A stretch of DNA of 64,000 nucleotides from Tubulanus polymorphus (lineage: Eukaryota > Animalia > Nemertea): the NCBI RefSeq assembly GCF_964204645.1, contig NC_134030.1, forward strand, positions 4,878,778-4,942,777. The letters run 5' to 3'. The position numbers and the translations under genes are program-made. Below the pieces are notes generated by a model. The model saw only the letters and a program-made list of their open reading frames with translations, did not search any database and had not been told where the DNA came from. Shown one piece after another: positions 40,356-53,020 of the stretch; positions within the stretch are counted from its first letter, which is position 1, and each line of letters begins with the position of its first letter.

Positions 40356-43300
40356 TTAGGGGGTGGTCTCGGGGGTCCTGACCCCTGCCTTCCAAACGAG
40401 GTTGCCCTTTCCATCGAGACAGAGGTCGTTAGAACCCATAAATTTGACATTCATTCTCACAGAAATTGCATCTTTTGAGGGTTTCCTTCAAATATTATCT
40501 AATACCGAGGGAGGGGCCCGAATAGTGGCCATTGAGATGGCTGCTTTACGCAAGATATGCCTTTTCTTATCTTCTGGAATCCATGCTTCCGATTTTCTAG
40601 ATCCGCGCCCCTTTACTGCAGGTGACTTAGCCCTCGCAAGAACTAATGCGACACTTACAGGTAGGATTTAACGAGCTCTCAAGTCGAAAGGTTAGCCGGC
40701 AGTTTTCCTAAATGTCGGCTTATGTCTAAGAAACAACGGCAATAATCCTCTCCGGCGGTGAAATGTCAAACAGCGTTTCCATCGAATCCGTAGATATTTT
40801 TACGGAGATGGTCATCATCTTTACCGAGAGAATTGTCTATATTATTATAGTAAATGAGATTTGCGCGACGGGATTTCGACGCGGAGGTCCGCGGCGTATA
40901 AACGAGTTTTATGTAAATCGCGACGGCGGCGAGCGATAAAATCGATGAACCAGTCGTAAATCAGAGACAACGCGACACCCGACCGACCGAACGGCCGGCA
41001 CGTTGATACGATGACGATCCACGTAAAATCATCATTGGTTTATTTGATTAGAACCGACGACGATCGATGTACGTTGAACGCTGCTGTCGTTGTTTGATTC
41101 GATCCGCCGCAGCCGAAAACAAAATCATCATCACATTTCATCGCGGTTTCTTCCGAAACGTTTATTGTTCGTCGACGAAAATGACAACTGGACGTTCATC
41201 TAGCGGGAAGTGTTCTGACATCCTGACAGGTTGATGAAGCGAGGATTCCCCTCGGAAATGATGCACACTTAGATATACGCCACGAGGGGGAGGAGAATGG
41301 AGAGTCGGGATAAAGGGGGCTTTTCTGGTTTTTTATCACGGCCCATTCGGATTTATCTTTCATCTTTTTAAAATTGTCCTAGCAAAAAACATCATATTTT
41401 CCAGAAATCCGCCCTTGCAGTCCATAGATCGTAATTTCAACAAAGGAGAAAACTGATTCAATTTTCATTTGGGCCACTCAAAATACCTCAATCACACCCC
41501 CACACATCTTTTTTTTAATAGAGGTCATTTTGAATAAACTTGGGAAGATGCGAAGCAATCTTCCTAAAATTTCAGGAATACAGTTATATAATAATTGTTT
41601 CATCACTATTACGTGATTTTCAAAAAAATCTCATAGACTGCGAATAGTCTAAACTTATTTCGATGGTTCCGGTCATATCAAAAAGCAAGGCAAAAATTAA
41701 GTCATCTCTATTTTCTAGTCCTAGTTACTGGTATTTCCAATTCAATTTACTACCTTAAAGTCGTTATTTGGATAAGTCATCAACATAATGATCGTTCCAG
41801 CTATGACAACTCAAGCGAGTTTAACTACTGTAAGAAGATGGTCAACAAACGGTTTCGTTTTGGACACTAAATCGATGCCAGCAAATTGAAATCCAAGCAT
41901 CCAGCAACAAACACACGGCTCAGACATTTTTCCAAGAAAATTGCTTTTAATCGTTCGAAGATCAACAATAATATCATATTTCTAATTGCTACCAGATGAG
42001 ATCGTACTGCCACCTACTGGAAAACATAGAAACTATTCTTACCTGATGAAACGTTACAATTTTCAACAGCTTCCTAAACTCTCTCGTGTCATTTCTAGAA
42101 ATGAAATCAAATGAATCAGATCAAATGGATGAAAAATTAATCAAATTTCAATGAATACATGAAAACATGAAAACTTCAAAGATAATTTCCAATCTATGAT
42201 TTGAGGTAACCCCGCCTCTCTCAAATATCACAATAAATGGTATAAACAATTGCTGCTATTATGTATCGATATTGTCACATTATTTTTGTTGTTGTGGGTA
42301 TAATTTATGGTAAATGTGCGACTGACGAAAATAAGGCAGTAATTCCAGACACGAAGGGGAAATAACACTGGCTGGGGAAGCACTTACATAATAATTACCT
42401 GCAGTCATTTATATGTATTTAACTGCCAAATAGATTTTGCGCGATAGAAAAATGGTCTGGGAATTTGCGAGGTATTTAGCATTCCACGTCATTAAACAAC
42501 CTACACTTAAATCGTCAAAGTATGAACACCCTTTGGCTACAAATCCCAATAACCATAAGTTCAAATTGCATATTTCTGTTTACCCATTTTTTTACGATTC
42601 CAAAAAGTAATACATGTGAAAGTACTCCGCAGGTTTTGTTAAAAATATGTTTTTTTTCTTTGTTCCGTTAAGCCTGAAGTAGACGATATTGAAGGGATTG
42701 AACCCGAGGATGTATAAACATAGTGCTCTATGAACTACTGCTCTGATATGTTCGACACGTTCATTGAGGTTTTTATTTCCGATCCTTAAACCGGAATAAA
42801 ATTCATTGGCAGTCACAATCGAGATTCACCCGATAAATTCTATCCATCATTTACCCGAACCACAATTCATGAGAATTCCGCTGCCTTTGCCGGTGAAGAT
42901 ATTCATCTCACAACTAGAGGGTTAAGATGCGATGCCTTAAAGTCAATTCATCATTCGCGAAATCGAGCAAAATTCAAAGATTATTCTTACAGATGTTCTA
43001 AAGGGTAAATCTCATATAAATCAGATTGATTATTCATTGACATGCACCGTACTACGGCATAAGCATTATTGCCAGGATATGCAAAAATTCACATTGCCCA
43101 AAGTCATACACCAACCACACTACTATTTCTACATATTTTCAGTCGAAGCCTTCAGCAGAAAACGTACTAATTACAGAAAATTCAAATCTATCATTCTTAG
43201 TAGTTTTCCGTCAGGGAGATAGCTGGTTCAAAATAGAGCATTTGCGTTCTATCATTTTCAAGTTACATCATCTATCAATGCGTAGAATTCTACCTTATTC

Positions 43301-44238
43301 CAGTTCTATGACATTCTATCCCATTCATTCCTGGCATATTGCAGGTCTTACATTTTCAGACCTGGCATTTTTTTAGCATACCCCTCCGCTGAATGTATAC
43401 ACGCGTGTCTTAGTTGAAGCGGTTTTATCGAAGTCTTCAATCTAGAACGACAAACTACTCGATATTTCAATTTCATTTTCTCAGAATGAGTGCGAAAGCT
43501 GATAGTGACGGTATCTCAATGACGGCATCGTGATGAGAACTTTAATATCGGCAATAACGAGCGCGGCAAACATGAAGAAAAAACTCAATGACTTTACCAA
43601 CACCTTGTAGCGATATCCTATATACAATATATCTTAGAATTGGAGAAGTAGAAGAAAAATCTCGATTTGCCGTAAACATTGACATCCAAATGATGGAAAA
43701 TCTATGGATCTTTATGCCACAAAGAAGTTTTTTATCAGAAGCTGAATGAAGCCACAAGTGAGTTCGTTACTTCGAGCGGCAACGTTGATTACTGACGTGA
43801 GTCAGAAAACATGGCAGATTCATTTCGTGGTCCAGTGACCAAGTAATGTCCGATCGAACTATACAACAACATCATCGTAATAAAACACGCATAACTGCAA
43901 CAAGACGCAATCAATACACAGTGAGATGATACTCAATACACATCACCAGATATCTCGTATAATCCGTACGAAACAATATCGTAAATATAAGATTACGAAC
44001 TATTGAATGTGTGAGAAACATCGGTGGCGTCGCGTTGATCGATTTCTGATGATTTCTGAGAATGGAGATCACTATAAAAAGGTCATGTAAATGCACATAT
44101 TAATGCCACCACAATTAATGAGATACTATTGGCGTGGGTATAGCCAGTAACCAGACTGTAGAATTCTCATCATGTCTCTGAGGTTGGAACTGCATAGGTT
44201 CCATAGAAATGATACTTTTGGAGCAATTGAAACACAAA

Positions 44239-44510
44239 AGCCATATTCACATTATCACTAGTAACTCCATTCTAATTTGGCCCGTACTAGACCTTCTTAG
44301 AAAGCCATCAGGTTTGAATCCCTGCTGAGGGCGGATGAAAGAATGGTCCAATTTTAGAATTCGGAACAGAGTCTTTGGTCTGTCTTAACGGGTACGTTCT
44401 AAAATGGAATGGACCAATTGAGAAGAGGCTTCGCGTTAGTTAGAATGAACGCTTGATCCGTTAAAAATCGGAATGGACGAAAATTTAAAACTGATAGTAT
44501 GAACACGGCT
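44239..44510. mobile_element. MITE family C copy
   Basis: agccatattcacattatca...gttctaaaatggaatggacc...tgatagtatgaacacggct. Confidence 0.7.
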
Positions 44511-45077
44511 TACAGATCTGTTTATATTGAGACAATTGAAACCCATTGATCTACCGTGTAAAGTATCTAACTGATGATATTTAGTGACAGACAGCACGTA
44601 TTGAAGAATGAATGAAACGATGTGTGGTGTACCGCAGTACTTTGATCAGTACCTGTCATTAGAAACGCTAGCTATATCGGTGTTCACCCGAGCGTAACGG
44701 ATATTTTACAGATGCCCGAGTAATTTGTATCGGCTGCGTGATTTTTTAAAGGCACGCCCGTTAACCCCGGCGTTGTTCACGCGTCTACGATCCCGGCGTA
44801 CGTGCCGATTTCCTGCAGGTTGTCGCCGCGGCGGCCTAGCGCACACAACCGTGCATCGGTATGCAACCAGGAAAAATCGATGCAATTTTTGCGAGACGCG
44901 AATTTTTGCGGGATCGATTTTTCGGTAACTTCGAGTAAGCGTATGATTAAAGTTTGACTGGAATCGACTGAAAACACATTTAGATCTAGAGATACAGATG
45001 ATAAAGTTATGTAGACTGATATCGAACTGTTAAACAGGCTCATTCTACCATTACTAGCAGTTTCAAGCATTAATAAG

Positions 45078-45260
45078 AGCTTCACACGACGACGATTTGG
45101 CTCGGGCCAAGTTGGCACCGATCACGCCCTAGTCAAATTTGGCTAATTAGAGAGCGCTTTCATACGCAACCCACTCGTTAGATAATGAACAAGTGAGACA
45201 CTTCCGGCACCAGCTGCAATGAATTGACCTGAGCTAAAATTTTGCTCAGGCCTAGTCCAG
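45078..45260 (+). mobile_element. MITE family A, 3'-truncated copy
   Basis: tcacacgacgacgatttggctcgggccaagttggcaccgatca...taattagagagcgc...gctaaaatt. Confidence 0.75.
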
Positions 45261-45777
45261 CTAGACGAAACACTCCGATTGACCAGGGAGGTGGACCTTC
45301 AGTAAATGCAAAGTTTATATCCAAACACTTCTAATATCTGCTGTAGAGACTGCAGGTCTGGGTGTGTGGCGATTCGAGGGCAGTACACCAGGTAATGCTG
45401 GCTGCAGAGCGATCCTCAATCATCAACTAGACCTGTGTTTGGTAGAGAGAAAGAGCGATTATTGAAACATTTCTGTTGACACATTTCGAGCGAGTCAATT
45501 TCGAGTCAGGACCTAACGACTATTTACGAGCGAGTGTTGCAGCTAGAGGAGACTGGGTGTCTCGGCGACGATCACGAGATGCAATCTATCAAATGGATGC
45601 GTGTTCGCCGTATTTACAAGCTAGCAGTTTTAATCACGGTGATGCGTAGTGATATGTGATTCAAGGCGTCACATGTGTTTATGATCGTACCTTCGGGAGC
45701 TGAATGACTCACATCTAAAATTCAGCAAGGGAGAAGTAGATGATGATGATGACAAAATTGTATATCAGAGAGATACT

Positions 45778-46000
45778 AGTAGTGGTGGCCTGGTAGTGGG
45801 TAGTGATGTTGGCAGTGCTGTGGGTAGAGGGTAGTGGGTAGTGATGTGGGTAGTGCTGTGGGTAGTGGGTAGAGATGTGGGTATGTGGTATGGTGTGGGT
45901 AGTGGGTAGTGATGTGGGTAGTGGTATGGTGTGGGTAGAGATGTGGGTATGTGGTATGGTATGGGTAGTGGTATGGCATGGGTAGTGATGTGGGTGATGG
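45778..46000. repeat. G/T-rich degenerate repeat (tgggtag/gtggtat)
   Basis: Many TGGGTA motifs in irregular tandem. Confidence 0.88.
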
Positions 46001-46068
46001 CCTCTAAGTGATGGTCAGCTATTCATGAAACCATCTTTAAAGAAGCCAAAGATAGTGAGTGACCTTAA

Positions 46069-46428
46069 AGCTATAATCACATAAGCGTTTATAACGTGGG
46101 TAAAAATTGGCCCATGTCAGATGAGGCCGATGCTAACTGTTCACACCAAATAGGTCTATGCTTGTTAGATACAGGCCAAATTTGGCCTAAACAAAAATAT
46201 CGCACCGGGCCGGTGCCAAATTTCAGCAAAGGTATAATATCATGTGAATGCTAATTGGTTGGTTACTGAATTACAGTAATTCACCTCACTTGCCACAGAA
46301 TAGTTTTGATAATATTTTAGTAACGACTCGTGATTTACATGTGAACGCACTCTGTAAATAGGCATAGGTCGACTGGAGTCTATGGTCCAGTTCTAACTCG
46401 GCCAAATCTTCTCCGTGAGATCGCGGCT
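46069..46428 (-). mobile_element. MITE family A, diverged inverted copy
   Basis: Ends ggccaaatcttctccgtgagatcgcggct (reverse complement of the family 5' end); starts agctataatcaca. Confidence 0.7.
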
Positions 46429-47679
46429 TATATCGTATGCAAATGAAAAACACGATGGTATATATTTCCATGAATTCATCACCTGCTTCACCTCTCACAC
46501 TACCTCATGCAGCTCATCTAGCATATCGTTATATACTATCACACGGAGAATTCCACTATGTATAATTTCACGAGTGAGTTCACCTCTTCTGTTATGCTCG
46601 CTAATGAATCGGGAAACACCGCTGGGGAAAGAACTTCATTGTTAGCCGGCCGAGAATCGGGATCGCTGTAGGGGTGAAATTCCGACGCAACGACGTGAAC
46701 GCCCCTCCCACACTGCGTGCAACTTAACAATGTAATTATGCGACTATAGGCTCATAGTAATGTTTACAATACAATACACATGTACTGACTGACTTGTGAA
46801 ATGAAACCTAAAGAACGTAGTAATTACATCGATTGTACGAAAAGTGGATATTTTGTACTATGGTTTCTTGTGTTGCCGGTAGTTAACGCTCCGTAATAAA
46901 TCACTAATGACACTCGTTCATAATACACAATGAAGCGAATCGCCGAGAAAATTCTCATAAGACGTAAAATTGGAAATTAAAACCCAACTTACTTCAGACA
47001 TTTAAAAATCTAGAGTTTGATTTAAAGAAGCTTCGAGTAGTTATTACCCTTACACAGTAGTAATAAATCACAATGAAGAAAAGACTTTTTTCTTGAAAAG
47101 TAATCTGTATTCATCATAAAACTTTAATACTGTTTTGCATAGGCGGTACTTAAGTTTTTTTTAGGTAAGGCACCCATAAGTCACGTTTGAGGAAAGATAA
47201 TTTCCTAGCGAGACATCCGTCTGACGATAGTTACGATAATCGTGATACCTCAGCGATATTTGAAAAACGGTTTCATTCACTTCTCGAAGCTCGAATAGTA
47301 GAAATTTACTATCAGAGATCTCAGCTGATGCTATCGCGATATTCGACAATGAAAACATGAAACGTCCAGACGGTTCATCTGTATATCTTCAGCTGAAATC
47401 AGATCGACGATGACCGGTGTAGATTTTTAGTCGAGATTTCGCGTCCGGCACAAAAGGAACGGAAAATAACCATTGAAATTAAGCCGGGAACATCGGCCCG
47501 AGGCTGATGAATCGATGAAATCATGTCGCCTTATGTCGCCACATTAATTGCCGTCTTGTGCAGCCAGAAGTCATCAAACACCTCAATCACAAACACGTGG
47601 TAAAACATGGCTCTAAGCTGAAACTGCTAACAAACCGCTTTTTGAAACCGCTAGTTAGTCCGTTGTTATTTGGTTTGTA

Positions 47680-47965
47680 CCTAGAACGAACCAATTTAGA
47701 CCGGACCAAGCTGAACGAACCAATGCTACACATTCACACAACTTTTCAAATCAGCAAGCTTTTATCACTGGGTCCAGTTCGATGCAAAAAAACTGTGATT
47801 AAGAGGCAATAAAGGTACATTTTTTTAAATCACTAACAGAGAAATGGTCTGGTCTAAAAATTAGAACAGACCTGAATTTGGAACCAATCTAGAAACAGAC
47901 CTTTCAATAGAGCGAAATTGGAGCGTTCAAAATCTAGAATGTTCTAAATAACGAGGTGTGAACTA
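47680..47965. mobile_element. MITE family C, degraded copy
   Basis: ccaatttaga, agaaatggtc, ttagaacagacc, tctagaatgttcta...gtgtgaac motifs. Boundaries approximate. Confidence 0.5.
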
Positions 47966-50900
47966 AATATGATCAAATATATGGACAAAGCTTCGAGAAC
48001 CATGGAAGACATTGGTTTAGTAAGTAAAAGATGTCATCTTACGACATGCCATTAAACATCTTAATTTTCAACATAATATAGAGATAGTTTATCTAGGCCA
48101 CAGTACAATAGAACAGATCTTAAAAAATCTGAATCTTGGAAATGATGATTTCGCAACATTGTCTGAAAGAGATCTTGCTTTTTTATGACGAGGCCGAGAT
48201 AAATAAATGCGAGGTCTAACACTCCTGCGGATAAAACAGCTACCGGACAATAGAATGACAACTACAGGTCGACTAATTCCGGCAACAATGCGATACAAAA
48301 CGTTGTGGTTACGGAGAAACATTTCGAAATGTTACCTTTGTCAAAAAACGCGACATGATTTACAACCCAGAATCTCAAGTTTGTCTGCTTTCCATTTACG
48401 AAGTCACGTTTTGGTGACGTTTTGAATGTCGTTTCCGACTGAATCACAATTCTGATTCCAGTTAAAACCGACAAATTATTCACAATTAAACGAAACAGAC
48501 ATGTTGATATACAAGTTCACTACGAACCAAAAGATAACCTCAATTTTTTAAGGTTCAGAAATTGACACATTTGAACGGGAATTCTCCTCCTAAAAACTAC
48601 TACTACCTTCATTCATTTTGCAAGTCCAAATATCAGCGACAATTAGTATGATCTGCTATTTTTTCAGCTCTCTTAAATGACTCATCTTCAATTAATCTGA
48701 CCTCGATTGGATAGGATGCATATATTCGTAGAGATTGATAGAGATATTTTCCGTAAATGTTACCTGTATTTTGCTACACATAATAAAATCCTCGATGAAG
48801 ATGACTAGATGAAAGATATTGCCATCTGTAGGGAAGCTGATGAACAATAGTTCTGCATCTTTATATAAGATGGCAGCAGCGTGTGGTTTAACGAGCAGGT
48901 TTATCACATATCGGGCAGCATAAACACTTACATGAGCTACTTAACAAAGGTTAGCATAAGTTACGCTCGTAGCCAAATTCACTATTGCTTGTAAGTCCAT
49001 TCTAATTTGGGCTGAACCCGGAATGGATCACTTTGAAATGGACCAAATCAATGCCGTACATTTACAGAGGTAAATTGATAATCGGAAAAATTATAACAAA
49101 ATCATTCTTAAGATATATAAAGAATAATACATGAATGTTACAATATCATAGATAGGTTGAGAAAGGAAGTAGAGCTAGTATTTCATGTACACCTAGGTCC
49201 AGCCACAGGCATTGGCAAATAAAGCAAAGTTTCTATTTTTACACTGAAAAATGGTCCTTTTTGGAATGGACCTGGATTGGTCAATTTAGAATTATTCATT
49301 AGTATATTTTGAATTTGTACAGACCGAGTAACGTAGTGGCTCAGGCGATAAAAAGATGGAAGCAACACATACCAAATTCTGACTCAAGAAGCTGCCTGAT
49401 AAATTCAGATATATCTGAAGTTCCAAAGTCGCCAGCAACGCGAACTTCACAACTTCACAACCTCACACCTGACTACCCTAATTCGATTAACCCAATACAC
49501 AAACTGAACAATCAAACTTATATTTGTCTTCGGACTTTATTATATGATTATATGTATGCGAAGAAAATCAAATAGAAGACCAGATTTCATGGATCCTTTA
49601 AATTTGATGAGGCCCTGAAGCTATGAACATATGTATGACACCGAATATAATTCTCTAACAGTATTAATAATAATTGCTCATTTACAAATTTCTCAATCTC
49701 GTCAGAATTATAATGGACTAATTCACATAGTGTGGAGAAGTGTTTGCGACAAATAGGTGTTCACACTGTTCATTGTAGACACACCTGGTCAACAATGCCG
49801 AATATCTGGGGACTTCAATTTCAGTTTAATCTTCCAATAGTGTTTGATCTAGTTCGACTTTGTCGTTAAGTTCCCCCTATTTCGTAAATTGGTCGTTCTA
49901 AACAAGGTCATTGCTGTTGGCTGTAAAATCTCGTAATCCTGTTCAACCTGAGTTCATCACGAATACTGCACACGATATCAATAAACGTCTCCTCAAACAA
50001 TAATCAAATACCAATGATCAATTCAAATTATATTCATAAATACGATAAAAGGTAAAAAGTTGAATTGATAAATCTATAATAACTAATGTTTAGAAAACGA
50101 GGAAAGGGAAATTAAAAGCCCGCCCAGGGTCTAATAATCCACGTGAAGTCATTGTCAGCCAAAATCTATTGAGCACAACAAGCTTTCAGCAAACCTACCT
50201 CTTATTGTCCACATAACATTCCAAATCAGATCATTGAGCTAAAAAAATCTGAAAATATATAAGATATGAAAATCTATAAGTGTCGAAGCTACTTGACATT
50301 CAAAATATATATGTATATGAAGAGATTTTCAATATTTGCAACCTGCCATCTCCAACATCATCATCATCATCATCATAGAATTGTGAATGATTGTTGAACT
50401 TTTTTGTTGGATTAGGATGCTTTATAAGGAGAATGTAAATAGTAGTAATCCAGTGTTATTGTACCATCTGTCCAGTTATATCTAACAATCTCTTGATTTC
50501 TAACTCCGCTGACTCTGTTAGCATCAGCGAGTGAAGCGTATTTCTAATTCATTTCTTCATTTGGGAAACGAATTTAAGAATATATAAGGATAGAATGCGC
50601 ATTAGCAAAGATGTAATTTTTATGACCTCTCTGCGTTTCAATAGTAAAGTTCATGTTTCATTTTTATTCATCATAATCAAGGTAACACGATCGTCAATGA
50701 AACAAGCATAAAAAGGAAAAGAAACAGCAGAAAAAGATATAGAAAAAGCTTCAGAAAAGCGTCAGGGAAAGATTGTAGGAGTTTGGGCAGCGAGTCCGGG
50801 GCAAGGGACTAGGGTAAAGTTACAAAGGTACATCTATTGAATTCTCAAATCATCGATTCTAAAACATTAGAATTCAGGATAGGTGCAAAACAGTCAACGG

Positions 50901-52996
50901 CTATGAGTGAAATTGTCACAAAGCGATCGCCATTTTTCATCCCAACGATGTGAATTATTCCTTTACCGAGCCGACACTTTCTTTCATGTAAAACGACCGC
51001 ATAAAATAACTGCATGAATCAACGTCCAATTATGGGCGTGTTCTGCGAAAATTTCTATAAATATCCGGAAATTGAACATAAATGAAATGCCAACTCTATG
51101 GCCGGCCACTTTCTATAGAGACACTCGAGAGAGATCTGGTCACAAGAGTTGAATCTCGGCTAAAGGTACGGGATACCTCTCTCTGATGAAGGAAATGTTG
51201 GGTGGCAAAGATATTCACTTCAGAGAAGCTTGAATAAATATTAGCTTCGGAGCTATTAGCATAGTAGTGGAAGAAAAGCGTGAGTTTACTGAGTAAACTA
51301 AGGTATCATTGACACCTACCTGGGATTGTGTACATAGCTTAGTTAGAACTTCAGTTAAATCATTCAAATGTATCCTCAGAATTGCCTCCACTTCTCGTTT
51401 AAGAGGGAGGTAATTAGGTGACATGAGTGCTGTATAACATCTGTCCTATGTAAGTGTAGTTGGTGTACCTACATGTCACCTACTGTCCTTGGAACTTATT
51501 GCATTTGAGCCCAATAACAAGACAAACATGTTAGGGATATGAAGTGTAGGAGAAGGGTGCAGGTAGCTCAATCATGCCCAACTGATTCTATGTTCCGTTC
51601 TTTCTCTTTAAAATGCAGACCTTTTTGAAACAGCAATTTTTGGCTGTTTGTCAGAACTTGTAACCCCACACTACGGGCCTGTCATTGGTCAGTCAGTCAG
51701 TAGGTCACTTAATAAAATTGTTGGATAAGATATATATTAGCATTACTAATACAAAATCATCAAAACCGTTAGTTATCTAACTTATAGATGTGTATCTGAA
51801 TATTTCATATCAAAAGTATGTGTATCTGTTATTTATCAGATGGAATAGACACAAAGTGAAGGCGTTATCATATTTCAAATACATTCTTACTGCCAGTATA
51901 AATTGTATCAGTTTTTCATTCATTCGTAAACACTAAGACAAGTATAATAGATATCCCATTATATAGCCATTCAAAACCCATTTATGACTGATAAGAGTGT
52001 AAATGATTGGATAAGCATTTGAATTGATAAGATGATCTTATTGACTTAAGAACTCATAATTGAAAGATGATTTATCTAAACAGATATTCTTCACATTGTA
52101 ACAACGCAAGGTTTGTGTCAACAAACAACAGATGTACTTATCAAATCTAGATGAATTTGAAAACATTTGCCTGAATAGACATTTACGATGCCAATCTGTG
52201 CAGAATACATAATTTCACTACGACTGTATTTCCATTTCGTATAACTGTTATTAACTACAAGAAAGAGGAATCGGAAAATTACTCGTCTAATTTAAGTCTT
52301 CCTGTGTTTCTTGCGAGGATCTTTGAAATTCATAAACATAGTTGGAAAGCTGATGTGTTTATAACGGGCAACTGTCACTATCATAAATCTATTTATCATA
52401 AGGGATTAGTTGATTCTATATCTGTACATTCAGACGTTAGAAAGGTGTTGTTTTTAAGATTTCACGCTGGGTTTAATCATGTAGTGACTGAGATCAAATT
52501 CTGTGAATAGCAGACATGTTTTTTCACACCGTACTGACATTACATACCTATACAAAATGTTCCGGCAGTTGATTTCTAAATCTTAATATGTCCTGAGGTT
52601 ATTTCACGAAAATATGCGCAAAGTTGGTCATATCACAGTATATACCAAGAGGGGATCGGATAAACTTGTTTGTCAGGTCACAAATTAGTTTATTTTTTCT
52701 CGGAAGCTACCCCTGTCAAGGAAAATGCCTCTGAATGCCTGTTTCAAAGCATTCAGCTGATATTCTACCACAAGCACTTCAGACTCAATTATGACTAAAG
52801 CACTTTTTCTCAATCATGTCTGGAGAAAATGATATTCACCAATTGAGGATCATTTTTCAAGGAAGGAGAATGAATGTTTTTCAGCCAAGGTTTTCTAGAT
52901 TTTTGCCCAAAGGCTAGTTGACATTCTATTTCATACAGTACTATAATGACAATGATTTGAAGTCGCAATAAAATGCAAAAATATTTGCTTTTTTTA

Positions 52997-53020
52997 ACAT
53001 GGTCTATATATAGTCCATGG
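52997..53020. mobile_element. 24-bp palindromic insertion with 5-bp TSD, same termini as 11013
   Basis: acatggtctatatatagtccatgg flanked by TTTTA on both sides. Confidence 0.55.

Noticed and set aside
44305-44340. tRNA B-box-like ggtttgaatcc
   Set aside because: No cloverleaf or A-box; embedded in a MITE.
45975-45992. Partial match to miR-71 (catgggtagtga)
   Set aside because: Seed region absent, no hairpin, and it lies within a simple repeat.
47495-47532. CTGATGA-atcgat-GAAA hammerhead-like motif
   Set aside because: Stem II is too short and stem I does not pair in register; probably chance.
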